A stretch of DNA of 64,000 nt from an uncultured bacterium (GCA_963777505.1 CAVZQN010000004.1:1728001-1792000); one strand, 5' to 3'. Shown: positions 51,227 to 62,219, counted from the stretch's first letter. The notes: generated by a model from the sequence alone, not told the origin. Made by a program: numbers and translations.

Positions 51227-52017
51227 GGTTTTTGCAGAAGGTAACTAACATACACAGCTCTTCCGTGTTTGAGTCCTTCGTAGATCTCTGAACCCTTTGC
51301 GCCCATAAATTCACGAAGTGGTGTCTTTAAATCTTCAGGTACGGTTGTAAGATAACTTTCTTTTTCTTCTTCTTGCGATCTCATCGCTTCAATTACATTT
51401 GCAGTGATAGGTTGATCTTCCAATACAGTTAACCCGGAATTTGCAATGGCGCGTTGAAGTGTATCGAGAGTATGCACACTTCTAAAATCGACTAAAACAA
51501 AATGTCCTCCCGGTGCAAGAATCCGGCGAATATGATCCATAAAGATTCCCAGCGAGATATAGCCATGACAGGATTCAACATTGATCACAACATCAAAACG
51601 TTCATTGCGAAACGGAAGGTCTTCTGCATCTCCTGCAACAAACGTGAGATTTTCACAAAGTTGATTTCGGCGGCACGAACGAACAGCTTCTACTGAAAAA
51701 TCGAGCGCTGTATACAATTTTGGCTTGAATCGGCGGACAATGTAGCCCGCGCCAGCGCCACCGCCACAACCAACTTCCAACACTTTTTTCCCTTCAACAT
51801 TGATCCGCGTTGCAACATAATGGTAGAGCTGAAACTGAAAGCGAGTTGCTTCTTCGGAGGAATTTAGAATGAGTGGTGTCGATGGCTCAGAAGAGTAGTT
51901 GTATCCATAGTTCATGAAATACGCACTTGCCTTACCATATTCTTGTGCTGCAAATTGATACCACTTTTGGCGAAGTTGTTTTAATTCCGGACTTGAAGGA
52001 AAGGTATCTTTTACCAT
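51223..52017 (-). CDS. Class I SAM-dependent methyltransferase (lipid O-methyltransferase-like)
   Basis: FMNYGY, QLYH, VLEVGCGGG, GDAEDLPF and NVESCHGY. Confidence 0.88.
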   Translation of the reverse strand: MVKDTFPSSPELKQLRQKWYQFAAQEYGKASAYFMNYGYNYSSEPSTPLILNSSEEATRFQFQLYHYVATRINVEGKKVLEVGCGGGAGAGYIVRRFKPKLYTALDFSVEAVRSCRRNQLCENLTFVAGDAEDLPFRNERFDVVINVESCHGYISLGIFMDHIRRILAPGGHFVLVDFRSVHTLDTLQRAIANSGLTVLEDQPITANVIEAMRSQEEEKESYLTTVPEDLKTPLREFMGAKGSEIYEGLKHGRAVYVSYLLQKP

Positions 52018-52065
52018 CTGCTGATCCCTTCATTAGTATAATGGTTTTACAAAAGAGGACGGATC

Positions 52066-52785
52066 ATGATCAATAACATTTCAGGAAAAGTCGCTCTCGT
52101 CACTGGCGCAAGCAGGGGAATTGGCCGATCAATCGCAGTGATGCTCGCGCAAGAAGGATGTAATGTTGCGCTTGTCGCACGGAATGAAAAGTCCTTGGAA
52201 GAAACCGCAACGGAGTGTAAGAAGCATGGGGTAAACACTTTCTGCTTTCGGCAGGACCTGACAGATACAGCAGAACTTCCAGGCATGGTTGATCAGGTCG
52301 CTTCCAAAATGGGAGGAATCGACATTCTGATTAACAACGCTGGTATTGCCAGCATGGTTTCTGTTCAGGACTCAGATCCCGGTGATTGGAAACGTCTGTT
52401 AGACATAAATCTGTATGCGACGATGGAGATGACGCGCGTTACATTGCCTTATATCATGCGTAGAAAAGGCGGGTGCATCATTTTTATTTCATCAATCTCG
52501 GCCAAGATTACTTACGCAGGAGGCGCTGCATATTGCGCATCGAAGCACGCAATCAACGGATTTGCTGGATCCGTTTTCGAAGATGTGCGCCATCATAACA
52601 TCAAGGTGTGCTCAATCTGTCCTGGCTACGTCAACACTGACATGGTATCGGAGCTTGGAATCGACCGGTCAACAATGACGCAGCCGGAAGATGTTGCGGA
52701 GGCGGTGCGCTTTGTAGTTCGCTTTCCAAGCACTGCTTGTCCAACCGAAATCATCATCAAGTCTCAGAAATCCCTCTACGTTTAA
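52066..52785 (+). CDS. Short-chain dehydrogenase/reductase
   Basis: TGASRGIG, NNAG and YCASK. Confidence 0.93.
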   Translation: MINNISGKVALVTGASRGIGRSIAVMLAQEGCNVALVARNEKSLEETATECKKHGVNTFCFRQDLTDTAELPGMVDQVASKMGGIDILINNAGIASMVSVQDSDPGDWKRLLDINLYATMEMTRVTLPYIMRRKGGCIIFISSISAKITYAGGAAYCASKHAINGFAGSVFEDVRHHNIKVCSICPGYVNTDMVSELGIDRSTMTQPEDVAEAVRFVVRFPSTACPTEIIIKSQKSLYV

Positions 52786-52796
52786 TCCACTTGAGT

Positions 52797-53546
52797 ATGA
52801 AAAGATTTGAAGGAAAAGTGGTTCTGGTTACCGGTGGTAGTTCCGGTATCGGCCGGTCAACTGCACTTCTGTTTGGCGAAGAAGGAGCAAGCGTAGTCAT
52901 CGGAGATATTGATGAACAATTGGGGCAAGCGGCTGTTGAAGAAATAAAAAAGCTTGGTGCATCGGCTCATTTTGTTCGAACGGATGTTTCCAGGTCTGAT
53001 GATGTGGCGAGTCTTGTTGCGGAAACCGTTCGAAGGTTTGGAAGATTGGATTGTGCGGTTAACAACGCCGGAACTTTGGGTAAGCTTGCAGGTATCGCTG
53101 AACAGACTGAAAGTGATTTCGATCACACAATCGCTGTGAATTTAAAAGGTGTTTGGCTCTGCATGAAGTACGAAATTCCCGTCTTACTTAAACAAGAGCA
53201 AAGTGCGATTGTGAATGTTTCTTCTATCAACGGAATTAGTGGTGCTGCAGGTGCTCCAGTTTATTCCGCAGCAAAACACGGAATTTTGGGACTGACGAAG
53301 TCGGCTGCTCTTGAATATGGAGCAAAAGGAATTCGGATCAATGCAATCTGTCCCGGTTCCGTCACAACTCAAATGCTTCATCAATCGTATGGAAAATCAA
53401 TACCTGACCTCGCAATGCAAGTTCCATTAAAAAGGATTGCTGATTCGCATGAAATTGCTCAGGCAATCCTGTGGCTTTGTTCTGATTCGTCTTCCTATGT
53501 AAATGGCCATGCGTTGATTTGTGATGGCGGAGTCCTTGCGCAATGA
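52797..53546 (+). CDS. Short-chain dehydrogenase/reductase
   Basis: TGGSSGIG, NNAG, YSAAK and DGG. Confidence 0.93.
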   Translation: MKRFEGKVVLVTGGSSGIGRSTALLFGEEGASVVIGDIDEQLGQAAVEEIKKLGASAHFVRTDVSRSDDVASLVAETVRRFGRLDCAVNNAGTLGKLAGIAEQTESDFDHTIAVNLKGVWLCMKYEIPVLLKQEQSAIVNVSSINGISGAAGAPVYSAAKHGILGLTKSAALEYGAKGIRINAICPGSVTTQMLHQSYGKSIPDLAMQVPLKRIADSHEIAQAILWLCSDSSSYVNGHALICDGGVLAQ

Positions 53547-54373
53547 TTGTGTCGCCTGAATTTCAAAACAGAGTCGTACTGGTTGCGGGATTAAGCAGCA
53601 ATCTTGGCCGCGCAACAGCTCAGACGTTCGGCCGTGAAGGCGCCAAGTTGATACTGGCTGACAATAACGAAACAAATGTGATTCCAGTTATCGAATCAAT
53701 TCAAAAAAACGGCGGGGAAGCGACCTTCGAACAAACGGATCTAAAGTCAGAGAAAGACGTTGCAGCACTTTTGGATAAAATCATAAAGAATTACGGAAGA
53801 TTGGATGCAGCTTATAACGATGCTTCTGCCATTGAAGAAACGGATCCAGTGAAAATGCTTGCCGATGTTGAAGAAAACGATTGGGATCGGTTGATCGAAA
53901 CACACTTGAAGACAATTTGGATTTGTATGAAGTATGAATTGATGAACATGCGGCCCCGACCAGGATGTACGATTGTGAATTCATCTTCTGTGCTGGGCCG
54001 TTCCGGGCATGCAGGACATTCGGTATACAGTGCAGCTCAACATGGTGTAATTGGTTTGACCCAGGCGGCCGCGCGTCAATATGGGCCGTTAGGAATTCGG
54101 ATCAATGCAGTGTGTCCTGCATTACAAGCACCGGTGGAGTCAGTTGTAGATGCAATCGTCTGGCTAAGTTCGAGCAGGTCTTCATTCGTAAGCGGCCAGG
54201 CGATTGTGATTACAGGCGGAGTCTTGATTTACCGCAAAGTCTTACAAGAATTGGCCGCGGCGAACTCTCGCAACTTCTTTTCTGGCTTCACTGATTTCTT
54301 TAATACTATGCAACAGTTTTTCGTAAAGTCGCGCATTATTAATTGCCAGCGCCGCATGCTGCCCAACTCGTGA
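53543..54373 (+). CDS. Atypical SDR (degenerate motifs); 3' end uncertain
   Basis: AGLSSNLG, NDAS and YSAAQ; homology ends near 54225 and the ORF runs into the opposite gene. Confidence 0.75.
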   Translation: MIVSPEFQNRVVLVAGLSSNLGRATAQTFGREGAKLILADNNETNVIPVIESIQKNGGEATFEQTDLKSEKDVAALLDKIIKNYGRLDAAYNDASAIEETDPVKMLADVEENDWDRLIETHLKTIWICMKYELMNMRPRPGCTIVNSSSVLGRSGHAGHSVYSAAQHGVIGLTQAAARQYGPLGIRINAVCPALQAPVESVVDAIVWLSSSRSSFVSGQAIVITGGVLIYRKVLQELAAANSRNFFSGFTDFFNTMQQFFVKSRIINCQRRMLPNS

Positions 54374-55718
54374 CAACGACTGCTTATCAGCCTCCCGGAA
54401 TCGTTTTGGATCAGAAGCTGCAAGTTCAAGCGAGCCTACCATTTTGTCCTGGATGACAAGCGGTACCGAAATCCAGCAGCGTATTTCTTGACCTGTGATT
54501 CCTGTTAATAGCTGAAACTCGGGCTGTGATGGCTCTCCGGTCATCAACACGGGTTCATGACGGCGTGATGTCCATTGACGGAGTAACGCATGGGAGAGTG
54601 TTGATTCCGTAAAAATGTTTCCCGAATAACAAAAGCCGTTCAATGTAGATGCTTTTTCATCTAACAAAAACAAAAACGCAGAGTCAGCTTCGAACGTCGA
54701 ACAACATTCATCCAGAGTTGTATGAAACATCGTTTTCGGTTCGAGCGTAGCGGTAATTTTACGGTGCATCTGACTCAACCTGGTCTCGCGCATGTAAACC
54801 CGCTCGCGATCAAAATGAAGCTGTGCATTCATGATTGTGAGCAGCAAAATGTGAGCAAAAATTGTAACGAGATAAAGCTCATGTTCTTCGAAGGGCTCAC
54901 CGTTCCATTTGTTGTTTGCGTTCAATACTCCGATCACTCGACTCCCTGCTTTTACTGGAACACAAACGAGAGACTTGCTGGAGTACTGTTCGAAGTAAGG
55001 TGATTCTGCAAAGTTTTCATCTTTTTGTACATTCTTGACATAGAGGGGTTTACCTTCTCTGGCAACCCAACCTGATATTCCTTCGCCAAGACGCTTCACA
55101 GTGTTGCGAATTATTGATTCACTTAACCCTTTGGCTGCTTTAATTCTCAACTCACCTGTCCGCGAATCGAGCAGCATCAGGGATACGGTTTCCACTTGAA
55201 GGACATCTGCAAGCAAGTCCACAATACTTTGAAGTAAATCATCCTGATCAAACGTAAACTGAGCCGGAAGATTTTCTTGAAGCGGAACAGAGATCCGGGC
55301 AATGCCATCTTCAAGATGTTCGAAGTCGCGGCGAGTATCCACAACTCTCTGCCTGTACTCCTGCATCTGAATCGCAATATCCATAATGTGCTCTAGATCA
55401 GTTGTATTCAGTGGAGTTGTCAGATTCCAGAATGCGCCACGCTTCACCATATCTCTGCCAATCTTTACCATGTTCGCTGGCGTATAAACGACGACGGGCA
55501 CATCTGGAGCGCCTTCACGAATGGCTAAGAAATGTAGCCTCACCTGCGGTGCGTCGCAATGTACCATTCAAAAGGATCAAGGCAGGCGGATCTTTTGCGC
55601 ATTGATCTAAAATTCGTTCAATGGTGGTTTCATTAATGATTCGCCAATCCTTACGGAATAAATCTTCAAGAAGCTTCAAACTAAATGGATCATCATCAAC
55701 TAACAATAGTTTCTTCAT
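54242..55718 (-). CDS. Receiver-like plus tandem GAF domain protein (frameshift near 55530)
   Basis: MKKLLLVDDD N-terminus in one frame; GEGISGWVA, NNK..GEPF and second GAF (ALAINNARLY) in the other. Confidence 0.8.
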
Positions 55719-56503
55719 AGAAACGTATCCTTTGTTAGACCATTCTCAAGGTAAAGGCCGGAAATTGACTCAGGGGGAGTTAAGTCAAAATAGAAGTTAT
55801 TAATGCTGATACCTTCCTTACCAGCGTAGATTTGATCCCCCAATCCCTGGCGAAGCAATAAAATATCTTCCCAATTCTCAGCAAATTTTTCGGAAGTGGC
55901 GATAAAATCCGTCTTCTTGCCGATAGTTCTAGCGGCAAACGCCAAAGCCGATGTTCCTATCTTGTTCACAATTCCTTTTTTTGTCAATGCATCACATCCA
56001 AAGGCTAACGCATCTACGTGTCTTATCAGTGAGAATGCTCCCATGTCAGTTGTCAGAGTTACCCGATGGCCTGCTCGAGAAATCTGTTCAGCAAGCAGAA
56101 CCCCTTCAAAAGAAGGGCGGCTTTCAGTGCAAATCACCTCAATATGTTTATTCATTTGTTGAAAAGACTTAAGCAGAAGCCCACTATTTGAATGAACCAG
56201 TACCCGGTTATATCCTTGCAGATGAGCCGCAAACATTCGGCAAGCTGAGCTTTCATGTTCCCTGTAGCTATCGAACCAGGAATCAAGGGTGTTTTCAGAG
56301 ATTCCTTTAGATTCAAGATGCTTTTTTAGATTGAGAAGGGCTGCCATGGACGAATGCGTGTGGCAGAGTAAATTGAATTCAGCCATGATTTCATCCGGTT
56401 TGTGTCCTGCTTTTAGGGATTGGCGTAAAACTTCTGCTGTTTGAAGAAGAATTTCTGAGGAGCCCGAAGTTACGTCGGCAATCAAATTCTGGATAGAAAT
56501 CAT
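55715..56503 (-). CDS. eIF-2B alpha/beta/delta-family (IF-2B) sugar-phosphate isomerase-like protein
   Basis: SGSSE, TESRP.FEG, GCDA, NKIGT and FDLTP. Confidence 0.85.
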   Translation of the reverse strand: MISIQNLIADVTSGSSEILLQTAEVLRQSLKAGHKPDEIMAEFNLLCHTHSSMAALLNLKKHLESKGISENTLDSWFDSYREHESSACRMFAAHLQGYNRVLVHSNSGLLLKSFQQMNKHIEVICTESRPSFEGVLLAEQISRAGHRVTLTTDMGAFSLIRHVDALAFGCDALTKKGIVNKIGTSALAFAARTIGKKTDFIATSEKFAENWEDILLLRQGLGDQIYAGKEGISINNFYFDLTPPESISGLYLENGLTKDTFL

Positions 56504-56621
56504 AGGAAAGGCTAAAGTATAACAAACCTCAGCTTGTATAAATGGGCCTAACTGGACTACAATGACGCACTTTACTACAATAAGAAGACACTAACTGGGT
56601 GATTTTGAGGAATACAAAAGA

Positions 56622-58144
56622 ATGAAAGTAATCTTATTCGTCCCGCCGGGAGGCTATTTCGCTGAGCGCTGGAGTCAGGGCTCAACGATGCCGAACCTGG
56701 GTATTTTATATATTGCCGCTGTTCTTGAACAGGATGGTGTTGAAGTTCAGGTCATACCTGCAGACGTGTTAGGGATGACTTTTGAGCAGATAACAAAAAT
56801 TATCCTGGATGAGAGACCGGATGTCGTTGGTATCACCGTTACGACAGAAAACAGGTTTGACGCATTCGAACTAGCAAAAGTTTCGAAACAAGTTCTCCCT
56901 TCAGCGATGACAGTCATTGGTGGTCCGCATTGCACGCATACCGCCGATGACACTTTAAAACATTTACCCTACGTCGATGTTGTTGTTCGAAATGAGGGCG
57001 AAGAAACGATGTCTGAATTGGTAAAAGCAATTCAGGCGGGTGGCGATCTCAGCAAAGTTACTGGAATTTCTTATCATGATTCGGAAGGAAATACGGTTCA
57101 TAATCCTACACGCATTTACATTAAGGATCTGAATGATCTTCCGTATCCCGCGCGTCATCTTGTACCTTTGGATAAATACAATTTCCAGATGGATGTTCCA
57201 GGCCATGGATTCCTTCCAGCTGCGTCCGTAATAACAAGCCGCGGCTGTCCCTTCTCATGCACATTCTGCGCTACTCCTGGAAATTGGGGAAGAAAAGTAC
57301 GCGCACATACACCTGAATATGTGCTTGGATGAAATTCAGTATTGCATGGATACATATGATGCAAAGGCAATCTGGTTTTACGATGACATCTTTAATTTCA
57401 ATCCAAAAAGGGTGAATGAGATTTGCGATATGATCCTGAAACGCAAGATGAACTTCAAGTGGTTCTGCGAAATTCGCGTGGATGTTATGACGAAACCGTT
57501 GCTTGCAAAAATGGCAGAGGCTGGTCTTGTTCCATCTTGGATTTGGTGTTGAAGCGGGTTCGGAACGCGTTCGAAAGCAGATCATCGATAAGAAGCTTGA
57601 TTTGGATCAAGCACGTAATGTTGTGGATTGGAGCAATGAACTTGGTGTTGTACCAAATCCATTCTTTATTTTCAGTCATCCAACTGAAACGTGGGAAGAA
57701 GCGCAGGAAACAATCCAGATCATGGAAGAGTTCAGGGATAAGACGGAACAGAGTATTGCGATTATGCACGTTTATCCAGGAACGCCGCTTGAAAAAACAG
57801 CCCGCGAAATGGGACTTCTACCACCAGATTTTACGTGGACGCGCAAATATGATCGTCGCATTATTACATTGCCGGCGGCGCAGGGAGATGTCCCGCTGTT
57901 TATCGACAAACTGACTTGGTGGCAAATCAGTGAATTGTTGTTCCGGTGGTCCGATTTCCGAAGAAAGAAATACCGTATCTGGAACAAAATTCCTAAAGCG
58001 CTGCAGAGCATTCATAGCTATGGAGATTTCAAGCGATACTTCATCATGTTCCTTGTATATATGAAGGTGAAGGTGCTTGGTCAATTCGCTACAAGTCCCA
58101 AGGTGAGCTCAATTCCAAACGGTCCTACCGCTTTTAACGCATAA
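56622..58144 (+). CDS. B12-binding radical SAM protein split over three frames
   Basis: PNLG, GGPH, EGE, SRGCPFSCTFC, DD.F and GVEAG; indels near 57325 and 57530. Confidence 0.85.
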
Positions 58145-58156
58145 ATCTGTGCCTTT

Positions 58157-58564
58157 GTGGTAAAGAAAATACGCGAGTCAACAAATATTTGTTTTGCTTG
58201 CGGTCCTGCAAATTCACAAGGGTTGCGTTTGAAATTCTCTTACAGTCCGGAACGCCATTCCGTTATCTGCCATCTCAGTCTCGAACCACAATTTACGGGA
58301 GCCACTGGTTTTGCACATGGCGGAATCATCGCTACTTTGCTTGATGAGGCGATGGCAAAATCGAATGGTTTAGGCGGCACACGCGCCGTCACTTTGCGGC
58401 TTGAAGCAAATTATCGCAAAATGGTTCCCATTCAAAAGCAACTTGTGTTAACCGGGTGGCGGACTGCGAAAAAAGGCCGCAAACTTTTCCTGCGCTCCCA
58501 ATTGAAGGATGCAAAAGGAACCATTCTCGCGGAAGGGAAAGGACTATTCCTGAAGATGGAATGA
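58157..58564 (+). CDS. PaaI family thioesterase
   Basis: CFACGPAN..GL and HGGIIATLLDE. Confidence 0.9.
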   Translation: MVKKIRESTNICFACGPANSQGLRLKFSYSPERHSVICHLSLEPQFTGATGFAHGGIIATLLDEAMAKSNGLGGTRAVTLRLEANYRKMVPIQKQLVLTGWRTAKKGRKLFLRSQLKDAKGTILAEGKGLFLKME

Positions 58565-58633
58565 AGTACGAATGTTCCGAATAGCGATTTACGAATCGTA
58601 CGAATTATGAGCTCCTGACAAAATAGCAATGCA

Positions 58634-60175
58634 ATGGAATCGAACATGAAAAATAGAATCGTTTTGCTTGCTCTGATCTTAATTTGTTTTACGCAGTTGA
58701 TTGCTGCGCAAGAATCACAAACTCAAGAAACCAGGAAAGAGAATTCAGGTCCGAAAGAGTTTGTTACACATCATAAAGTTCAGATCGAGAATCAATCTGT
58801 TAGCTATTCAGCAGTTTCAGGCGAAATTATTCTCAAAGATGAAGATGGCGCACCGAAAGCAAGCGTCTTTACGATTTCTTATCTAAAGGATGGAACCCGG
58901 GATCTATCAACTCGTCCAATTACATTCTTTTTTAATGGTGGACCCGGCTCCAGCGCTGTATGGCTGCATTTAGGAGCTTTTGGGCCCAAACGTCTTAATC
59001 TATCCAGTGATCCTGTAAATCCAGGAGCTCCTCCATATCAACTGATCGATAATACTCACACTCTGCTTCCGTATTCTGATCTTGTTTTTGTTGATCCGAT
59101 TGGAACTGGATTTAGCAAAGCGCTTGGCAAAAGCAAAGATAAGGATTATTGGGGAGTTGATGAAGATTCTAAATCGTTGGCGGAGTTTATTCGCGCTTAT
59201 ATATCCAAAAACAAACGTTGGAACTCTCCAAAATTTTTGGCAGGGGAAAGTTACGGAACAATTCGGGTCAGTGCACTTGTCAGAGATCTTCAACTCAAAT
59301 TGCTGGATAGCGTCACCTTGAATGGTGTCATCCTGATTTCCACCGCAGTTGATGTAAGGACTTTCCTGGATGCAGGCCCCGGAAATGAGCTTCCATATAT
59401 TACAAATCTCCCAACATATGCCGCAACAGCTTACTTTCACAATGTGCTGCCGCAGCGTCCAGACAATCTGGAAAAATTTCTTGATGATGCACGCGCATTT
59501 GCAAGCACGGAATATCTTGAAGCATTGTTTATGGGCGATTCATTGCCGGAAGATCGAGCGCGCGAAATCATAAACAAGCTGCATTTCTTTACAGGCTTAA
59601 AAAAAGATTTTTTACAACGTTCACATTTTCGCGTTGAAACCAGTAGATTTTTGAAAGAGCTCCTTCGCGATCGCGGACAAACTCTCGCCGTTCATGACAC
59701 ACGATTTCTAGGCAAAGATGAAGACGACGCCGGAGAGACTGTTGCTCTGGATCCATTTTTGTTTGGAATTGCAGGGCCTTTTGTGTCTGCTATGAACAAC
59801 TATCTTTCCACCGATCTTGGTGTGAAGATCGAAGAACCATACAAGACATTTTCAATAGAAGCAGCTCAAAGTTGGAAAAGAGCAGGGGACAGCAATGGAG
59901 TGTTTGATGGATTTCTCCATAATGGATCGAACCTTTCCGCTGCTGCATCGACAAATAAAGACTTTCGATTGTTCGTTGCAAGCGGACTTCATGATCTCAC
60001 CACCACATTTTATGGCAGTGAATACATTTTTAATCACACAGGAATCGATAAAAGCCGCATCACATTAAAGAATTATTACGGCGGACATATGATGTATCTT
60101 TATGGTCCATCGCTTGAACAGCTTGTGAATGATATTGGTAAATTTATCAGCGATGGAGCGAAAGCAGAGAAGTAG
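58634..60175 (+). CDS. Peptidase S10 (serine carboxypeptidase), exported
   Basis: Signal peptide; NGGPGSS, DPIGTGFS, GESYG and GGHMMY. Confidence 0.93.
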   Translation: MESNMKNRIVLLALILICFTQLIAAQESQTQETRKENSGPKEFVTHHKVQIENQSVSYSAVSGEIILKDEDGAPKASVFTISYLKDGTRDLSTRPITFFFNGGPGSSAVWLHLGAFGPKRLNLSSDPVNPGAPPYQLIDNTHTLLPYSDLVFVDPIGTGFSKALGKSKDKDYWGVDEDSKSLAEFIRAYISKNKRWNSPKFLAGESYGTIRVSALVRDLQLKLLDSVTLNGVILISTAVDVRTFLDAGPGNELPYITNLPTYAATAYFHNVLPQRPDNLEKFLDDARAFASTEYLEALFMGDSLPEDRAREIINKLHFFTGLKKDFLQRSHFRVETSRFLKELLRDRGQTLAVHDTRFLGKDEDDAGETVALDPFLFGIAGPFVSAMNNYLSTDLGVKIEEPYKTFSIEAAQSWKRAGDSNGVFDGFLHNGSNLSAAASTNKDFRLFVASGLHDLTTTFYGSEYIFNHTGIDKSRITLKNYYGGHMMYLYGPSLEQLVNDIGKFISDGAKAEK

Positions 60176-60315
60176 TGCTGAGAAATGAGTGCTGAGCTTC
60201 GTAATTCGGAGTTCGCTATTCGTTAATCGTACTTCTCTTCTTTAGGAGCCGGCGAGATGCGAGCGTTACAAATCTTGCAGCGCCGGTGGGACAAATCTGT
60301 TGCAAGATGCCGGCG

Positions 60316-61551
60316 TTACAAATCCTTTTTTTCTTTTTCAAGTTTAATCTGATCTTCTTCCAGGCTTTTGGCTCCCATTAATAGAATCAGTCCACCGGCA
60401 AAAATTGCTACAGGTCCGATAAGCACGCCGAAAGTTAGGGAGCCTGTCATATCTGAGACTTTTCCAATCACCCATGTTGAGATTGCATCACCAAGCACAT
60501 GAATAAACAAAATGTTCAACGCCATTGCAGTTGCCCGCATTTTTGAATGAACTACGCTGATGATTGCAGCATTCAGCGGGCTCATATTAAAAAACAAAAA
60601 GAATTCTGCGAGAAATACGATAGGAAAAACCCATGCACGATCTTGAATTACAATCGCCGCGATAGCGAGAGGTGCAGCAATCAACATTCCCAAAGACGCA
60701 ACATAAAAGTAGGATCTTCGACTTTTGTGTTGCCATAAATCAGCAATAAACCCGCCGAAAAGAGTTCCAGTCACGCCTGCAATTACAGTAATCGCTCCAA
60801 AAAATTGCGTCGCTGAAGTGATCTCCCATCCACGCATGCGAGATAAAAAGGTTGGAAACCAATACGCTAACCCTCCTGTTGCGAAGGTCAGTGCTGCGGT
60901 TCCAAACAGATTGTAACGATACGACGGTGTGCGCTTCAGAAATCTTAGAGTTTCGGCCGCAGAAGGGTTTTCAATATGTTGAGCCGGACGCGAAGGCTCT
61001 TTCATGAATAGAGCAAGTACTGAAAGAATCAGCCCTGGAATTGCTGCAACAAGAAATGCAGTGCGCCATCCATAGTGATGTCCTAATACACCTCCGGCCA
61101 TTAATCCGATTGCGCTGCCAAGCGGTGTGCCAATAAAGTAAACGGAGAGCATTCGCGATCGTACATTTTCTGAGTAGTAATCATTGATGATTGTCGGCGC
61201 AACAGGCCCATATCCCGCTTCTCCAATTCCAACCATTCCCCGAATTCCCAGAAGCTGGCCATAACTTCGCGCAACGCCTGATAAAGCTGTTGCGATGCTC
61301 CAGACAAAAACTGCAGCGCTTGCAAGCCACTTCCGAACCGTACGATCACCAAGAAATCCGAGAAATGGCGCAGCCAGTACGTAGCTGAATGTAAAAGCAG
61401 TATGAAGCAATCCAAGTTGCTCGTCACTGAGGTTAAGATCGGCCTGAATCAGAGGCAGCAAAGCTGAGATGATGAAACGGTCAAGATAATTGACAAGGTT
61501 CATGGACGTTAGAATCACAAGACCATAAACCTTCATCTTGTTTGAGATCAT
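60316..61551 (-). CDS. MFS transporter, spinster-like
   Basis: NLVNYLDR, G.LGDR, RGMVGIGEA and H.LGD. Confidence 0.9.
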   Translation of the reverse strand: MISNKMKVYGLVILTSMNLVNYLDRFIISALLPLIQADLNLSDEQLGLLHTAFTFSYVLAAPFLGFLGDRTVRKWLASAAVFVWSIATALSGVARSYGQLLGIRGMVGIGEAGYGPVAPTIINDYYSENVRSRMLSVYFIGTPLGSAIGLMAGGVLGHHYGWRTAFLVAAIPGLILSVLALFMKEPSRPAQHIENPSAAETLRFLKRTPSYRYNLFGTAALTFATGGLAYWFPTFLSRMRGWEITSATQFFGAITVIAGVTGTLFGGFIADLWQHKSRRSYFYVASLGMLIAAPLAIAAIVIQDRAWVFPIVFLAEFFLFFNMSPLNAAIISVVHSKMRATAMALNILFIHVLGDAISTWVIGKVSDMTGSLTFGVLIGPVAIFAGGLILLMGAKSLEEDQIKLEKEKKDL

Positions 61552-61641
61552 CGAAAGAATCTAACATAAAAATTATGAGGAATAGAACAATCTTTACTCG
61601 CCATTGAATCCGTATAAACTAAGGAATGAGGAGGAATCCCA

Positions 61642-62088
61642 GTGAAAAAACAGCATGTGGTTACGGTAACAGCCTGTTTTATCATGATTGTATTGAGCGC
61701 AGGGTTTGTACTGGCGCAAGCAGCAGACAGTCTTTACAAACGTCTTGGTGGTTATGATGCGATTGCAGCGGTAACGGATGACTTTATCGGCCGTCTTGCA
61801 ACCGATCCCCAACAGAGCCGGTTTTTTGTTGGACACAGTGATGACTCAAAGCAACGGATCCGCCAACACATTATTGATCAGCTCTGCCAGGTTACAGGTG
61901 GTCCTTGTATATATAAAGGCAGGGATATGAAGACCACACACAAAGGACTCGGTATTACGCAGGCAGATTGGGATAGTTCAGTCAAACATCTGGTTGCAAC
62001 GCTGGATAAATTCAAAGTTCCAGAGAAAGAAAAGAACGAAGTTCTGGCGGCGGTCTCAAGTCTAAAAGCCGATATCGTGGAAAAATAA
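61642..62088 (+). CDS. Group I truncated hemoglobin with signal peptide
   Basis: SLYKRLGG, GGP..Y.GRDM...H; GAGGAGG RBS. Confidence 0.92.
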   Translation: MKKQHVVTVTACFIMIVLSAGFVLAQAADSLYKRLGGYDAIAAVTDDFIGRLATDPQQSRFFVGHSDDSKQRIRQHIIDQLCQVTGGPCIYKGRDMKTTHKGLGITQADWDSSVKHLVATLDKFKVPEKEKNEVLAAVSSLKADIVEK

Positions 62089-62105
62089 GCTTCAACCGTA
62101 TCATG

Positions 62106-62139
62106 GGGCGCTCGTTTAAAGGGGCGCCTCTTTGTGTTT
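62106..62139 (+). terminator. Probable intrinsic terminator after the hemoglobin gene
   Basis: GGGGCGCTC-loop-GGGCGCCTC stem followed by TTTGTGTTT. Confidence 0.6.
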
Positions 62140-62141
62140 AG

Positions 62142-62219
62142 CTCAACCGCCAAGACGCCAAAGCGCCAAGAAAATTCTTATTTATCTTAACTTAGCGTCA
62201 TGGCGGCTTGGCGGCTGAG
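62142..62219. repeat. Inverted pair of ACCGC(C/A)AAGACGC-type repeats; single copies near 4565, 13665, 21435, 22590, 28595, 30110, 33860 and 41240
   Basis: CTCAACCGCCAAGACGCCAAAGCGCCAAG versus inverse CTTAGCGTCATGGCGGCTTGGCGGCTGAG. Confidence 0.7.

Noticed and set aside
54242-54373. 132-bp convergent overlap of SDR and GAF genes as a functional antisense pair
   Set aside because: SDR homology ends near 54225; the extension is more likely a lost stop or an indel
56622-58144. Programmed frameshifting in the radical SAM gene
   Set aside because: No slippery heptamers at the breaks, and similar indels are scattered across the window
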